Of a DNA stretch of 64,000 nucleotides, positions 35,367 to 44,992 are shown one piece after another. Every line of letters begins with the position of its first letter. Within the stretch, counting starts at the first letter, position 1. This DNA is from an uncultured Acidobacteriota bacterium. Lineage in GTDB: Bacteria > Acidobacteriota > Polarisedimenticolia > J045. The stretch covers positions 64,001 through 128,000 of the forward strand of contig CAVPCQ010000011.1 of assembly GCA_963702425.1 (NCBI GenBank), given 5' to 3'. The notes below the pieces were generated by a model, which saw only the letters and a list, made by a program, of their open reading frames with translations, had not been told where the DNA came from and did no database searches. Made by a program: the position numbers and the translations under genes.

Positions 35367-36926
35367 TCAGCCGATTCCGAACAGGCGCGTCAGGAGCAGC
35401 ACGCCGGCCGGCACGACGATCGCGCTGGCCAGGTCGAGCAGCGTGCCCAGGCGCAGCATGACCGTGATCGGCACGCAGCCCGAGCCGTAGACGATCGCGT
35501 TGGGCGGCGTCGAGACCGGCAGCATGAAAGCCATCGAGGCCCCGAGCGCAACCGCCATCGCGGGGGGCACCGGGCTGACACCGGCGGCCTGCGCCGCAGC
35601 GATCGCCAGCGGGGCGACCATCGTCGCGGCGGCGGTGTTGGAGGTCGTCTCGGTCAGGACGATCGCGAGCAGCGTGAACAGCACGGTCAGGGCCGCGAGC
35701 GACTCGGCGCCGGTCGCGCGAACGATCCCCTGCCCGATCGCCTCCGCCAGCCCCGTGCGGAACATCGCCGCCCCGAGCGACAGGCCGCCGCCGAACAGCA
35801 GGAGCGTGCCCCAGTCGATCCGCACCGCCTCGCTCCAGCGCAGCGTGAACCGGCGCTCGTGCCAGTCGACCGGCAGCACGAACAGCAGGCTGGCGCCGAG
35901 CACGGCGACGACGCTCTCCGGGAACAGCCGCTGGATCTGCCGCGCGGCGGCCGATTCGGTCCCCAGCCGCAGCGCCAGGACGCCCGGCAGCACCCAGAGC
36001 GCGACGGTCAACGCGAACGCGCCGAGGACGTTCTTCTCGGCCCGCGAGGGCGCGCCGAGCGCGGCGCGCTCGTGCACGAATTCGTCGCGGCTGCCGCGGA
36101 TCTCGCCGACTTCCGGGGGGAGCGCCCAGCGCAGGGTGGCGAGCAGCAGCAGCACCATGAAGGCGGCGATCGGCCCGCCGACCAGCATCCACTGGAAGAA
36201 CGGCACCCGCACGTGGGCCAGCTGGTCGAGCTGACCCAGGACGATGAGGTTCGGGGGCGTCCCGACCGGGGTGACGATCCCGCCGATCGAAGCGGCCCAG
36301 GCGATCGTCAGCATCAGCGATGTCCCGAAGCGCAGGCGGGTCGCGTCGGCCGGGCCTCCCGATTGGCGTTCGAGCAGGCGGGAGAGCGCCGTCAGCACGG
36401 AGAGCGCGATCGGGTAGAGCATCGCGGTCGTGGCGGTGTTGGAGAGCCACGCCGACAGTCCGGCCGTCGCCACCGCGAACGCCGCGAGGATCCGCGTCGA
36501 CGACGAGCCGACCCAGCGTCGCGCCAGGATCGCGTAGGCGAAGCGCCGGTCGAGACCGGTCGCGAACATCGCCTCCGCCAGCACGAAGCCGCCCAGGAAG
36601 AGGAACACGATCGGGTCGCCGAAAGGGGCGAACATCTCGGCCGCGGAGCCGACGCCCAGCACGACCGCCAGCGCCGGTCCCAGGACCGAGGTCACCGGGA
36701 TCGGCACAGCCTCGGTGATCCACCAGGTGAGGACCCACGCCAGGACCGCGGCGAGGCGCCCGGCGGGCGCCGGCAGCCCGGGAACCGGCAGGGCCAGCAG
36801 GAGGGCGAACAGGGCCGGCCCGGCGAAGAGCCCGGCCGTGCGGCGCGCGCGCTCGAAGCGCAGTTCCGCCGGCGACAGGACCTCGCGGGCCTGCGTGAGG
36901 TCGCGGAACCGGACGCGCTCGACCAC
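35367..36926 (-). CDS. DASS/SLC13 family sodium-coupled anion symporter
   Basis: WWITEAVP, LSNTAT, TPVGTPPN, LFGGGL, SNTA, LPVSTPPNAIV. Confidence 0.92.
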   Translation of the reverse strand: MVERVRFRDLTQAREVLSPAELRFERARRTAGLFAGPALFALLLALPVPGLPAPAGRLAAVLAWVLTWWITEAVPIPVTSVLGPALAVVLGVGSAAEMFAPFGDPIVFLFLGGFVLAEAMFATGLDRRFAYAILARRWVGSSSTRILAAFAVATAGLSAWLSNTATTAMLYPIALSVLTALSRLLERQSGGPADATRLRFGTSLMLTIAWAASIGGIVTPVGTPPNLIVLGQLDQLAHVRVPFFQWMLVGGPIAAFMVLLLLATLRWALPPEVGEIRGSRDEFVHERAALGAPSRAEKNVLGAFALTVALWVLPGVLALRLGTESAAARQIQRLFPESVVAVLGASLLFVLPVDWHERRFTLRWSEAVRIDWGTLLLFGGGLSLGAAMFRTGLAEAIGQGIVRATGAESLAALTVLFTLLAIVLTETTSNTAAATMVAPLAIAAAQAAGVSPVPPAMAVALGASMAFMLPVSTPPNAIVYGSGCVPITVMLRLGTLLDLASAIVVPAGVLLLTRLFGIG

Positions 36927-37046
36927 GGGCCGCCCTCCGACCGCTCCAGCCTAGCGCGACCGCGGGTCGATCCGAACGTGATTTACCGGACCTCCCGAGA
37001 GGGCTAGGATGGTCTCGCAGGCGGTCCTGCCGCCGGGGAGCGCCGG

Positions 37047-37556
37047 ATGTCCGATTCCAAGCGACCGTCGCCACAGCCGCCCCCGCCGCCCGTCCGCGAG
37101 TTCCACGACGACGCGATGGTCCTCCGCTACGACGACGTCATCCCCGCCGAAACCGGCGCGATCACGCCGCTGGTCCAGCGGGTGATGGGCCTGGTCCGCA
37201 ACTTCGGCTGCGCCGTCGGGGAGGAGCACACGATCGAACTGGCGCTCCAGGAGGCGCTGGCCAACGCCGTCGTCCACGGCGCGCAGGGCGACGCCTCGAA
37301 GCCGGTGGCGATCTCGGTCGCCTGCGAGGAGGATCGCGGGATCCTGATCGTCGTGCGCGATCCCGGCCCCGGCTTCGATCCCCGCAACGTTCCCAGCCCG
37401 GTCCTCGGCGAGAACATCTTCGAGTCCCACGGCCGCGGGATCTTCCTGATCAACCGGCTGATGGACCACGTCGAGTTCGCGCGCGGTGGGACCGAGATCC
37501 GGATGCGCAAGAACCCGACCGAGATCCCGGGCGCGCCGCCCCCCAAGTCGCCGTAG
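37047..37556 (+). CDS. RsbW-like anti-sigma factor / GHKL ATP-binding protein
   Basis: LALQEALANAVVHG, VRDPGPGFD, GRGIFLI..LMD. Confidence 0.85.
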   Translation: MSDSKRPSPQPPPPPVREFHDDAMVLRYDDVIPAETGAITPLVQRVMGLVRNFGCAVGEEHTIELALQEALANAVVHGAQGDASKPVAISVACEEDRGILIVVRDPGPGFDPRNVPSPVLGENIFESHGRGIFLINRLMDHVEFARGGTEIRMRKNPTEIPGAPPPKSP

Positions 37557-37579
37557 CTCCCCCCAGCCAGGAGAGTCCG

Positions 37580-38668
37580 ATGTCCGCCGAGAAGACCGGC
37601 CGCCCCGTCGATCCCCCGCCCGTCACCGGCGGCGAGTCGCTGCGGACGCTGATCGAGACCCGCTTTCCCGCCTTCGCCGGCCGCAACGTGCGCGAGGTCC
37701 ACCGAATCATGCGCCGCTCGCTCGAGGACGACTGCACGGTCTTCGCGACCCTCTCCGGCGCGATGACGCCGGCCGGGCTGCACACCTCGGTCGTGATCCC
37801 GCTGGTGACGAGCGGCGCGATCTCCTGCCTGACCACGACCGGCGCCAACCTCTACCACGACGTGCACCGCCTGCTCGGCCACACGATCCACGAGCTCTCG
37901 CCGCTGGCCGACGACCTCGCGCTGCGCGAGGAGCGGATCATCCGGATCTACGACCTCGGCTTCGACGAGGAGGTGCTGCTCGACACCGACCGCTTCTTCC
38001 TCGAGGTCATTCGGCAGCCGGAGTTCCAGCGCCCGATGACGACGCCCGAGTTCCACCACGCGCTGGGCCGCGCCGTCTCCGCCGTCGAGGACGAGCGGGG
38101 CGCCGCGAACTCGACCGTGCTCGGCGCCTGCTTCCGCGCCGACGTCCCGATCTTCTCGGGCGCGGTGCAGGACGGCTCGATCTTCCTGAACGCCGTCCGG
38201 CTGCAGCGCGAGGATCCGCAGTTCCTGTTCCGGATCGACGCCGGCCGGGACGTCTACCAGATGGCGGCGCTGCAGAACCTCGCGCGCCAGGGGGGCGGCA
38301 AGGCCGCGATCTGGATCCTCGGCGGCGGGGTCCCCAAGAACTACACGCTGCAGGGCGAGCCGTTGCTCTCGCAGATCCTCGGCGTCGAGGCGCGCGGCTT
38401 CGATTACGACGCCCAGGTCTGCGTCGACGTCGTCGACAACGGGGCCCTGTCCCCCTGCTCCGCCGGCGAGGGGCACACCTGGGGCAAGACCAGCGCCGAG
38501 TGCGTCGAGTCCTCGTCGGCCTACCTCCGGACCGACGTCACGATCGCCGCGCCGTTCCTGGCCGAGGCGCTGCTCTCGGACGCCTCGCTGCGCCGCGCGC
38601 CGAAGCGGCTGTTCGCGCGGATCGCGGAGGCCGAGCGGTTGCTCGACGCGCTCTGGATGGCGGGCTGA
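37580..38668 (+). CDS. deoxyhypusine synthase-like protein
   Basis: LSGAMTPAG, TTGANLYHD, RIYD, GGGVPKN, EGHTWGK (catalytic Lys region), TDVTI. Confidence 0.85.
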   Translation: MSAEKTGRPVDPPPVTGGESLRTLIETRFPAFAGRNVREVHRIMRRSLEDDCTVFATLSGAMTPAGLHTSVVIPLVTSGAISCLTTTGANLYHDVHRLLGHTIHELSPLADDLALREERIIRIYDLGFDEEVLLDTDRFFLEVIRQPEFQRPMTTPEFHHALGRAVSAVEDERGAANSTVLGACFRADVPIFSGAVQDGSIFLNAVRLQREDPQFLFRIDAGRDVYQMAALQNLARQGGGKAAIWILGGGVPKNYTLQGEPLLSQILGVEARGFDYDAQVCVDVVDNGALSPCSAGEGHTWGKTSAECVESSSAYLRTDVTIAAPFLAEALLSDASLRRAPKRLFARIAEAERLLDALWMAG

Positions 38669-38680
38669 AGGAGCGTCCGG

Positions 38681-40594
38681 TCAGGGCCTCAGGGCGGCCT
38701 CGGATTCGAGCGCCTCGGTGCGCGCTCCCATCCCGACCATCAACGCTACCAGGAGTCGCTGCGCGTCGCTCATCCGGGCCCGCTGCGCCACTACCTCGCG
38801 CGCCAGGTCCGGCTTGTCGGTGATCAGCCCGTCGACGCCGCGCCCCATGGTATCGAGCATCCAGGCGGGGTCGTTCGACGGTCCAGACGTAGACATCCTG
38901 CCCGGCCCGATGCGCCCGCCGGACGAAGCGGCGCGTCGCCATCCGCGCCTCGACCGCCAGGAAGTCGGCGCCGAGCACGGTCAGGTCGCCGAGCCCCTTG
39001 GCGACCAGCAGCCCCGACCGCCACGACGGCCGCGTCTGCTTCATCTTCCGGACCATGGCGCGATCGAGCGACATGAAGAGGCAGTCGCCTTCCATACCGG
39101 CCGCCTCGACGATCGCCGCGACCCGTTCTTCGAGGCGCTGGTCGTGGCCGTAGGACTTCAACTCGACGAGGACGCGGGTGCGGCCCTTGCAGACCGCGAG
39201 CGCCTCGGCGAGCGTCGGCACGCGCTCCCCGGAGAATTGCGGACCGGCGCGGCTGCCGATGTCGACCGTGCGGAGGGTCGCCGCGTCGGTCTCCCAGATC
39301 TTCATCGCGGCGCCACCCGCCTTCATGAGGTCGCTGTCGTGCACGACCAGCACCTCGCCGTCCGCCGACTCCTGCACGTCCAGCTCGACGTAGTCCGCCC
39401 CCTGCTCGGCGGCCAGGCGGAAGGCGGCCAGGGTGTTCTCGGGCGCCGCCGCCGACGAGCCGCGGTGGGCGATAACCAGCACCGGCTGATTCGTCCGGGT
39501 GACGAGGAGCGCGAGCAGCGCGAAACCGACCGAGGCGAGGACCGCGACGGCCGCCAGTCCCGCCCGGGCGCGACCGGAGAGGAGCCGGGCGGCACCCGGG
39601 TGCGGGCGCGCCGCGACCGGTGCGGGTGTCGAGGCCTCGCGGGGCTCGCCGACGCGCAGGTAGAGCCTTGAGAGGAGCAGCGAGAAGAGCGAGAAGCTGG
39701 CGATTCCCGCCGCGAGGCCGAGCGCGGCCCACAGCAACGCGAGCCCGGCGATGAACGCGAGGAGCAGCGCCAGCGAGCCGCCGAAGTGCGGCGCGAGGCT
39801 GCGGCCGAGGAACTGGACCAGAGTACGTCGTCGCCATCGTCAGCGCCAGGGCTGCGGCCGCCCACGCGGCAAGGACCGTCACGACGACCCAGCGGCTCCC
39901 GGCCGATCGACGGGCGCTCTCGCCGAGGGCCCGGCGGGGGCTGACGTCCTCGAACAGGACGAGCGGCAGCGCCAGCGCCCAGCGGGCGGTCGTCCACGCG
40001 AGCAGCGCGGCCAGCCCAGCGCCGATCAGCCCCGCGAGCGTCCCCGCGGCCCAGAACTCGGGCGGTCGCTGCGCCAGGTAGTAATTGATGTCGTGTCGCC
40101 GCAGCAGCGCCCAGTAGACAAGGCCGGCGGCGGCGAGGAACGGCAGCAGGCCGGCCAGGACGCGCACCACCATGTGCGCGGTCAGGCGCAGCACGTCCAG
40201 TGCGCGCACCGCCCCGAAGGCGAGGGCGTCCTCTGGCGCTCAGGTGCCTACCCCGCGCTTCGGCGAGCCCGATCGCCATCAGGCACGCTGCCTCCAGGGC
40301 GACGATCGCAAGCAGGAGCGCTCCGCACGCGACGAGCGCAACGACCCCGGCGCGCGTGGTCAGGAAGAACCGCGCGATGTCGGCGTCCGCGATCGCGCCG
40401 GATCCGGCGCGGGACATCAGCCAGTGAAGCAGCATCATCGTCGCCGGGGTGAGCAGCGCGAACGCGACCACCTTGCAGGCGAGGTCGGTGAGCGCCAGGC
40501 TCCTCCACGATCGGGAAAGGTCGCGGAGTGCACCCGTCACGACCTCGCGCGTCGTCGCCCACGCCGATCCCGACTCCCGCTCGCCTTCGCTCAT
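38681..40594 (-). CDS. glycerophosphodiester phosphodiesterase with N-terminal membrane domain (about 3 frameshifts)
   Basis: IAHRG, PENT, VELDV, HD, ELK, VWTV(N)D, GLITD; multi-TM N-terminus. Confidence 0.85.
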
Positions 40595-40664
40595 CTGTTC
40601 ATTCTAGACAATCGGAGAGGAAGATGGTTGACTCGCACTCACGCAGCAGCCGGGGGGATACGAC

Positions 40665-42335
40665 ATGAGCCAGCATCCGGGGACCCCGGACGCGATCCCG
40701 GCAGGCACACCGGCGCTCCGCTTCGACGTGGTCGCCGGCCTCACCGCGGCCGCGGTGGTCCTGCCGAAGGCCATGGCCTACGCGACCGTGGCCGGCCTGC
40801 CCGTGGAAGTCGGCCTCTACACCGCCTTCCTTCCGATGATCATCTACGCCCTGCTCGGTTCCTCGCGGGTGCTGAGCGTCAGCTCCACCACCACCCTGGC
40901 GATCCTGGCCGGCACGCAGCTCGGCCTGGCGGTGCCGGACGGGGACCCGGCCAAGCTGGTCACCGCCGTGGCCACGCTGACGGCGCTGGTGGGCGTCCTG
41001 CTGCTGCTCGCGGGCCTGATCCGCCTCGGATTCGTCGCCAACTTCATCTCCACCCCCGTCCTGACGGGCTTCAAGGCCGGGATCGGCCTCGTGATCGTGC
41101 TCGACCAGGTGCCGAAGTTGCTCGGCATCCACATCACCAAGCAGGGCTTCTTCCGCGACGTGATCGACGTCGCGCGCCACCTGCCCGAGACCTCGTTGAT
41201 CACGCTGGCGGTGGCCGCGGCGACGCTGGTCGTGCTGATCGGCATGGAGCGCCTCTGGCCGCACTCCCCTGCGCCCCTGGTTGCGGTAGGGGGCGGCATC
41301 GCCGCGTCGTGGTTCTTCAACCTGCATGCCCAGGGCGTCTCGACGGTCGGTCTCATTCCGCGGGGATTCCCGTCGCCGACCATGCCGGACGTAGCGCTGG
41401 TCGGACAACTGCTGCCGGGCGCGCTCGGCATCGCCCTGATGAGCTTCACCGAATCGATCGCGGCGGGGCGCGCCTTCGCCGGTCCGTCGGACCCGCCGAT
41501 CAACGCGAATCGCGAGCTGCTCGCCACCGGGGCGGCCAACCTCGGCGGCGCGTTCCTGGGTGCGATGCCGGCGGGAGGCGGCACTTCGCAAAGCGCGGTC
41601 GTTCGCGCGGCCGGAGGCCGGACGCAGAAGGCATCCCTGGTGACGGCGGGCGCCGCGGCGGCGACGATGCTGCTGCTCGCGCCGCTGCTGGGCCTCCTCC
41701 CGTTCGCGACGCTGGCGGCCGTCGTCATCGTTTACTCCGCCGGCCTGATCCAGCCGCTGGAGTTCCTCGCGATCCGCCGGGTCCGCACGATGGAGTTCCG
41801 CTGGGCGCTGGTGGCCTGTCTCGGCGTGCTGATCTTCGGCACGCTGCAGGGGATCGTGGTCGCCATCGTCGCGTCGCTGATCGGCCTCGCCAGCCAGTCT
41901 GCCCACCCGCGCGTCTCCGTGATCGGCCGCAAGCGCGGCGCCGACGTGCTGCGACCGCTGTCGCCCGAGCATCCGGACGACGAGCTGTTCGATCGCCTCC
42001 TGATCGTCCGTCCGGAAGGGCGCATCTTCTTCGTGAACGCCCAGAGCATCGGCGAGCAGATCGCGGCGCTGGTGACGCAGTACGACCCGCGCGTGCTGGC
42101 GATCGACATGAGCCGGGTGCCGGACATCGAGTACTCGGCGCTGCAGGCGCTCATCGAGGCCGAGAAGCGCATCACCGAGCGGGGCGTGACGCTCTGGCTG
42201 GTCGGTCTGAACCCGGCGGTGCTCGAGGTCGTGCGCCGGGCCGGTCTGGCCGACCGGCTCGGCCGCGAGCGCATGCTCTTCAACGCGCGCGCGGCGATCC
42301 GGCAGTACGAGTCGCTTCGGGGCGCAGCGTCATGA
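40665..42335 (+). CDS. SulP/SLC26 anion transporter with STAS domain
   Basis: DVVAGLT..LPKAMAYA..AGLP..GLY, GSSR, NRELLATG; C-terminal STAS (IFFVNA, IDMS.V). Confidence 0.92.
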   Translation: MSQHPGTPDAIPAGTPALRFDVVAGLTAAAVVLPKAMAYATVAGLPVEVGLYTAFLPMIIYALLGSSRVLSVSSTTTLAILAGTQLGLAVPDGDPAKLVTAVATLTALVGVLLLLAGLIRLGFVANFISTPVLTGFKAGIGLVIVLDQVPKLLGIHITKQGFFRDVIDVARHLPETSLITLAVAAATLVVLIGMERLWPHSPAPLVAVGGGIAASWFFNLHAQGVSTVGLIPRGFPSPTMPDVALVGQLLPGALGIALMSFTESIAAGRAFAGPSDPPINANRELLATGAANLGGAFLGAMPAGGGTSQSAVVRAAGGRTQKASLVTAGAAAATMLLLAPLLGLLPFATLAAVVIVYSAGLIQPLEFLAIRRVRTMEFRWALVACLGVLIFGTLQGIVVAIVASLIGLASQSAHPRVSVIGRKRGADVLRPLSPEHPDDELFDRLLIVRPEGRIFFVNAQSIGEQIAALVTQYDPRVLAIDMSRVPDIEYSALQALIEAEKRITERGVTLWLVGLNPAVLEVVRRAGLADRLGRERMLFNARAAIRQYESLRGAAS

Positions 42336-43388
42336 CTCGCTGAGATCCGAGGTCGCCCAGGACTCGGCGAGCGCGTGCGTCACGGCGAGGACGACGGGGC
42401 CGACGAAGATGCCGATCAGGCCGAGCGTCATGAGGCCCCCGATCACCCCGGCGAAAACCATGATCAGCGGCATGTCGACACCCTTCTTGATCAGGATGGG
42501 GCGCAGGAAATTGTCGAGCGGCCCGACGACGATCGTCCAGACGAGGAGGAAGACGCCCCATCCGGTGCTGCCCGTCCAGAAGACGTAAGCCACCGCAAGC
42601 AGCAGCAGCGGGAGTGGTCCGATCTGCGCGATGCAGAGCACGAACGCCACGACCGTGAGGACAGCCGGGAACGGAACGCCGGCGATCCACAGCCCGAGCC
42701 CACAGAGGACCGACTGCAGGAGAGCCGTGACCACCACCCCCATCGCCACTCCGCGGATCGCCGCGCCGGCGAGGTCGAGCGTGCTCTCGCCCCGTTTCCC
42801 GCCCAGGCGGCGCGCGAAGCGCCGTGCCATGGCGACCGCCTGTTCGCCGCTCGACCAGAGGATGGCGGCGATGACGACGGTGAGCAGGAACTGGATGAGT
42901 GCGAGGCCGACGTTCCCGATCCTCCCGATCAGCCATTTCGTCGCGTCGCTCGCGTACGGTGCGGACTTGGTCATCAGCGGCTGGAGCCCCTCGCCGACGA
43001 ACCCTTCCCACGCGCTGGCCACCTGTGCTCCCACGAGCGGCAGCCCGGCCACCCAGCCCGGTGCGGGAGGGAGCTGGAGTGTCGAGAGCTCCTGCACCCG
43101 GGTGACGATCGCGTCGGAGTTCCTTACGAGGGCGCTGACGGACAGAAGGAACGGTACGAACAGGAGGCCGAGAAGGACCAGCGACAGGACGGCCACCGCC
43201 GGCCACCGCCGGCCGCGAAAAAAGCGCTGGACCGCGAGCAGCACCGGCCAGGTCGCGACGACGATCGTCGTCGCCCAGATCATCGCCCCAAGGAACGGAC
43301 GGAGGATCCAGAAGGACGCGAGCATCAGGGTGAGGATCGAGAGGACGACGAGAACGATGCGGGTGATGTCCGGTCGCGGCTCGGTCAT
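42330..43388 (-). CDS. AI-2E family transporter, YdiK-like
   Basis: PFLGAMIWATTIVVATWP, IAQIGP, DNFLRP, GLIGIFVGPV. Confidence 0.88.
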   Translation of the reverse strand: MTEPRPDITRIVLVVLSILTLMLASFWILRPFLGAMIWATTIVVATWPVLLAVQRFFRGRRWPAVAVLSLVLLGLLFVPFLLSVSALVRNSDAIVTRVQELSTLQLPPAPGWVAGLPLVGAQVASAWEGFVGEGLQPLMTKSAPYASDATKWLIGRIGNVGLALIQFLLTVVIAAILWSSGEQAVAMARRFARRLGGKRGESTLDLAGAAIRGVAMGVVVTALLQSVLCGLGLWIAGVPFPAVLTVVAFVLCIAQIGPLPLLLLAVAYVFWTGSTGWGVFLLVWTIVVGPLDNFLRPILIKKGVDMPLIMVFAGVIGGLMTLGLIGIFVGPVVLAVTHALAESWATSDLSES

Positions 43389-43562
43389 GGTCGGTTTCCT
43401 CCATGGATCCTGCGGTGGCGCGGAGGAAATCGAGCCCGCGTCTCGCAAGGGCGAAGTGTAGCACCGCAGTCGACCACACTGGCGCCGACTGACGGCACGT
43501 CTCGCGCAGCGCTGGGGCCTTGCGGGTACCATGAAGCCTGCTGCGCCGTCCTGGAGACCCCC

Positions 43563-44885
43563 ATGAGCGAGACCGGGAAGATCGACACCCATCACAAGGC
43601 GCTCCAGCTCAACCTCGACCCGAAGATCTTCGGGACGTTCGCGGAGATCGGCGCCGGCCAGGAGGTGGCCCGCTGGTTCCTCCAGGTCGGTGGCGCGTCG
43701 GGGACGGTCGCGAAGACGATCTCGGCCTACGACATGACGGTCAGCGACGCGATCTACGGCAAGGGGACCCGGTACGTGTCACGCGACCGGCTGATCGCGA
43801 TGCTCGACCACGAGTACGCGCAACTGATCGAGCGGCTCGACGCGGGCCGCGGTGCGGACACCCGCTTCTTCGTCTTCGCCGACACGGTCTCGGCGCGCAA
43901 CTTCGCCGGGACCAACGAGTGCCACGGCTGGCTGGGGATCCGCTTCCAGTCCTCTCCGCGCGGGCGGCCGAACGACGTCCTGCTCCATGTCAACATGATG
44001 GACCCGGGCAACCTGCTCCAGCAGCAGGCGCTCGGCGTGCTCGGCGTCAACCTCGTGCACGCGGCCTACTTCGAGCGCGGTTCTGTGGACGCCCTGCTCG
44101 CGGCCCTCGCCTCCGGGCTGTCGCTCGCCCGGATCGAGATCGACGTCATCGAGCTGTCGGGGCCCGACTTCCGCGAGACCGACCCGCGGGCGGTCGGCGT
44201 CGCCCTCGTGCGCGGCGGCTACGGCAGCGCGGTCCTGTTCAAGGAGGACCTGCAACTCGTCCCGCCGTCGGAGGTCCTCCGCAAACGGCCGATCGTCGTC
44301 GAGCGCGGCAACTTCCGCCGGGTGGAGTCGATCCATGCGCGCATCCTCGAGGCGGCGCTCCGCCGGCTGGGCTCCGAGGCCGGCTCGACCGAGCGCGAGC
44401 CGCTGGGCCTGTTCGAGATGAGCACCGATCCGATCGGCGCGGCCGAGCGCCCCGACGATCGCACCATCCTGGACCGGCTCGCGGCCCTGGCTGCGCTGGG
44501 CCGGCCGGTCCTCCTCAGCCGCTACCCCCACAACTACGAGCTGTCGGGCTACCTCCGGCGCTACACGAAGCTGCCGCTGCGGTTCACCGCGGGGACGTCC
44601 GCGCTGATCCCGCTGCTGCAGATGGCGAACTACCCGGAGCTGATGGGTGGCCGGCTCGAGGCGCTCGGGAAGCTGCTCGCCGCAAACGTCCGGATCTACG
44701 TCCACCCGATGCCGGCCGAAGCGGTGCGGGAAGCGCTCGCCGCGCTGCCTCCCGGCGCGCCTTCGGTCGGCTTTCCGACGGACGGTCCGGTCACGGCGGA
44801 GAACCTGCTTTTCCCGCCGCCGCTCGGGCACCTGTACCGGTACCTGCTCGAATCGGGCTGGATCGAGGGCCTGCCGCTCGCGTAG
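43563..44885 (+). CDS. conserved hypothetical protein; possible CinA-like + nucleotidyltransferase-like fusion
   Basis: KALQLNLD..FGTFAEIGAGQE, GGASGT, SAYDM, then VERGNFRRVESIH; strong coding bias and RBS. Confidence 0.6.
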   Translation: MSETGKIDTHHKALQLNLDPKIFGTFAEIGAGQEVARWFLQVGGASGTVAKTISAYDMTVSDAIYGKGTRYVSRDRLIAMLDHEYAQLIERLDAGRGADTRFFVFADTVSARNFAGTNECHGWLGIRFQSSPRGRPNDVLLHVNMMDPGNLLQQQALGVLGVNLVHAAYFERGSVDALLAALASGLSLARIEIDVIELSGPDFRETDPRAVGVALVRGGYGSAVLFKEDLQLVPPSEVLRKRPIVVERGNFRRVESIHARILEAALRRLGSEAGSTEREPLGLFEMSTDPIGAAERPDDRTILDRLAALAALGRPVLLSRYPHNYELSGYLRRYTKLPLRFTAGTSALIPLLQMANYPELMGGRLEALGKLLAANVRIYVHPMPAEAVREALAALPPGAPSVGFPTDGPVTAENLLFPPPLGHLYRYLLESGWIEGLPLA

Positions 44886-44992
44886 CGATCGGTGCGCGGC
44901 CGTTGCGCGGCCGGCGCCTGCGGGCCTATCCTGAGGTCCCGCGGGCAGAAGCGAATCCCGCATGCCTCCGGCTCCGGAGGGAGCAGAAAGCC

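Larger units (their letters stand above)
31946..35702. repeat. tandem duplication, copy B
   Basis: Diverged copy of 27943-31944. Confidence 0.92.

Noticed and set aside
27943-35702. Duplication as a simple assembly repeat or a mobile element
   Set aside because: The copies differ by many codon-patterned substitutions and a deletion, and there is no transposase, terminal inverted repeat or target duplication. A strain chimera is not excluded.
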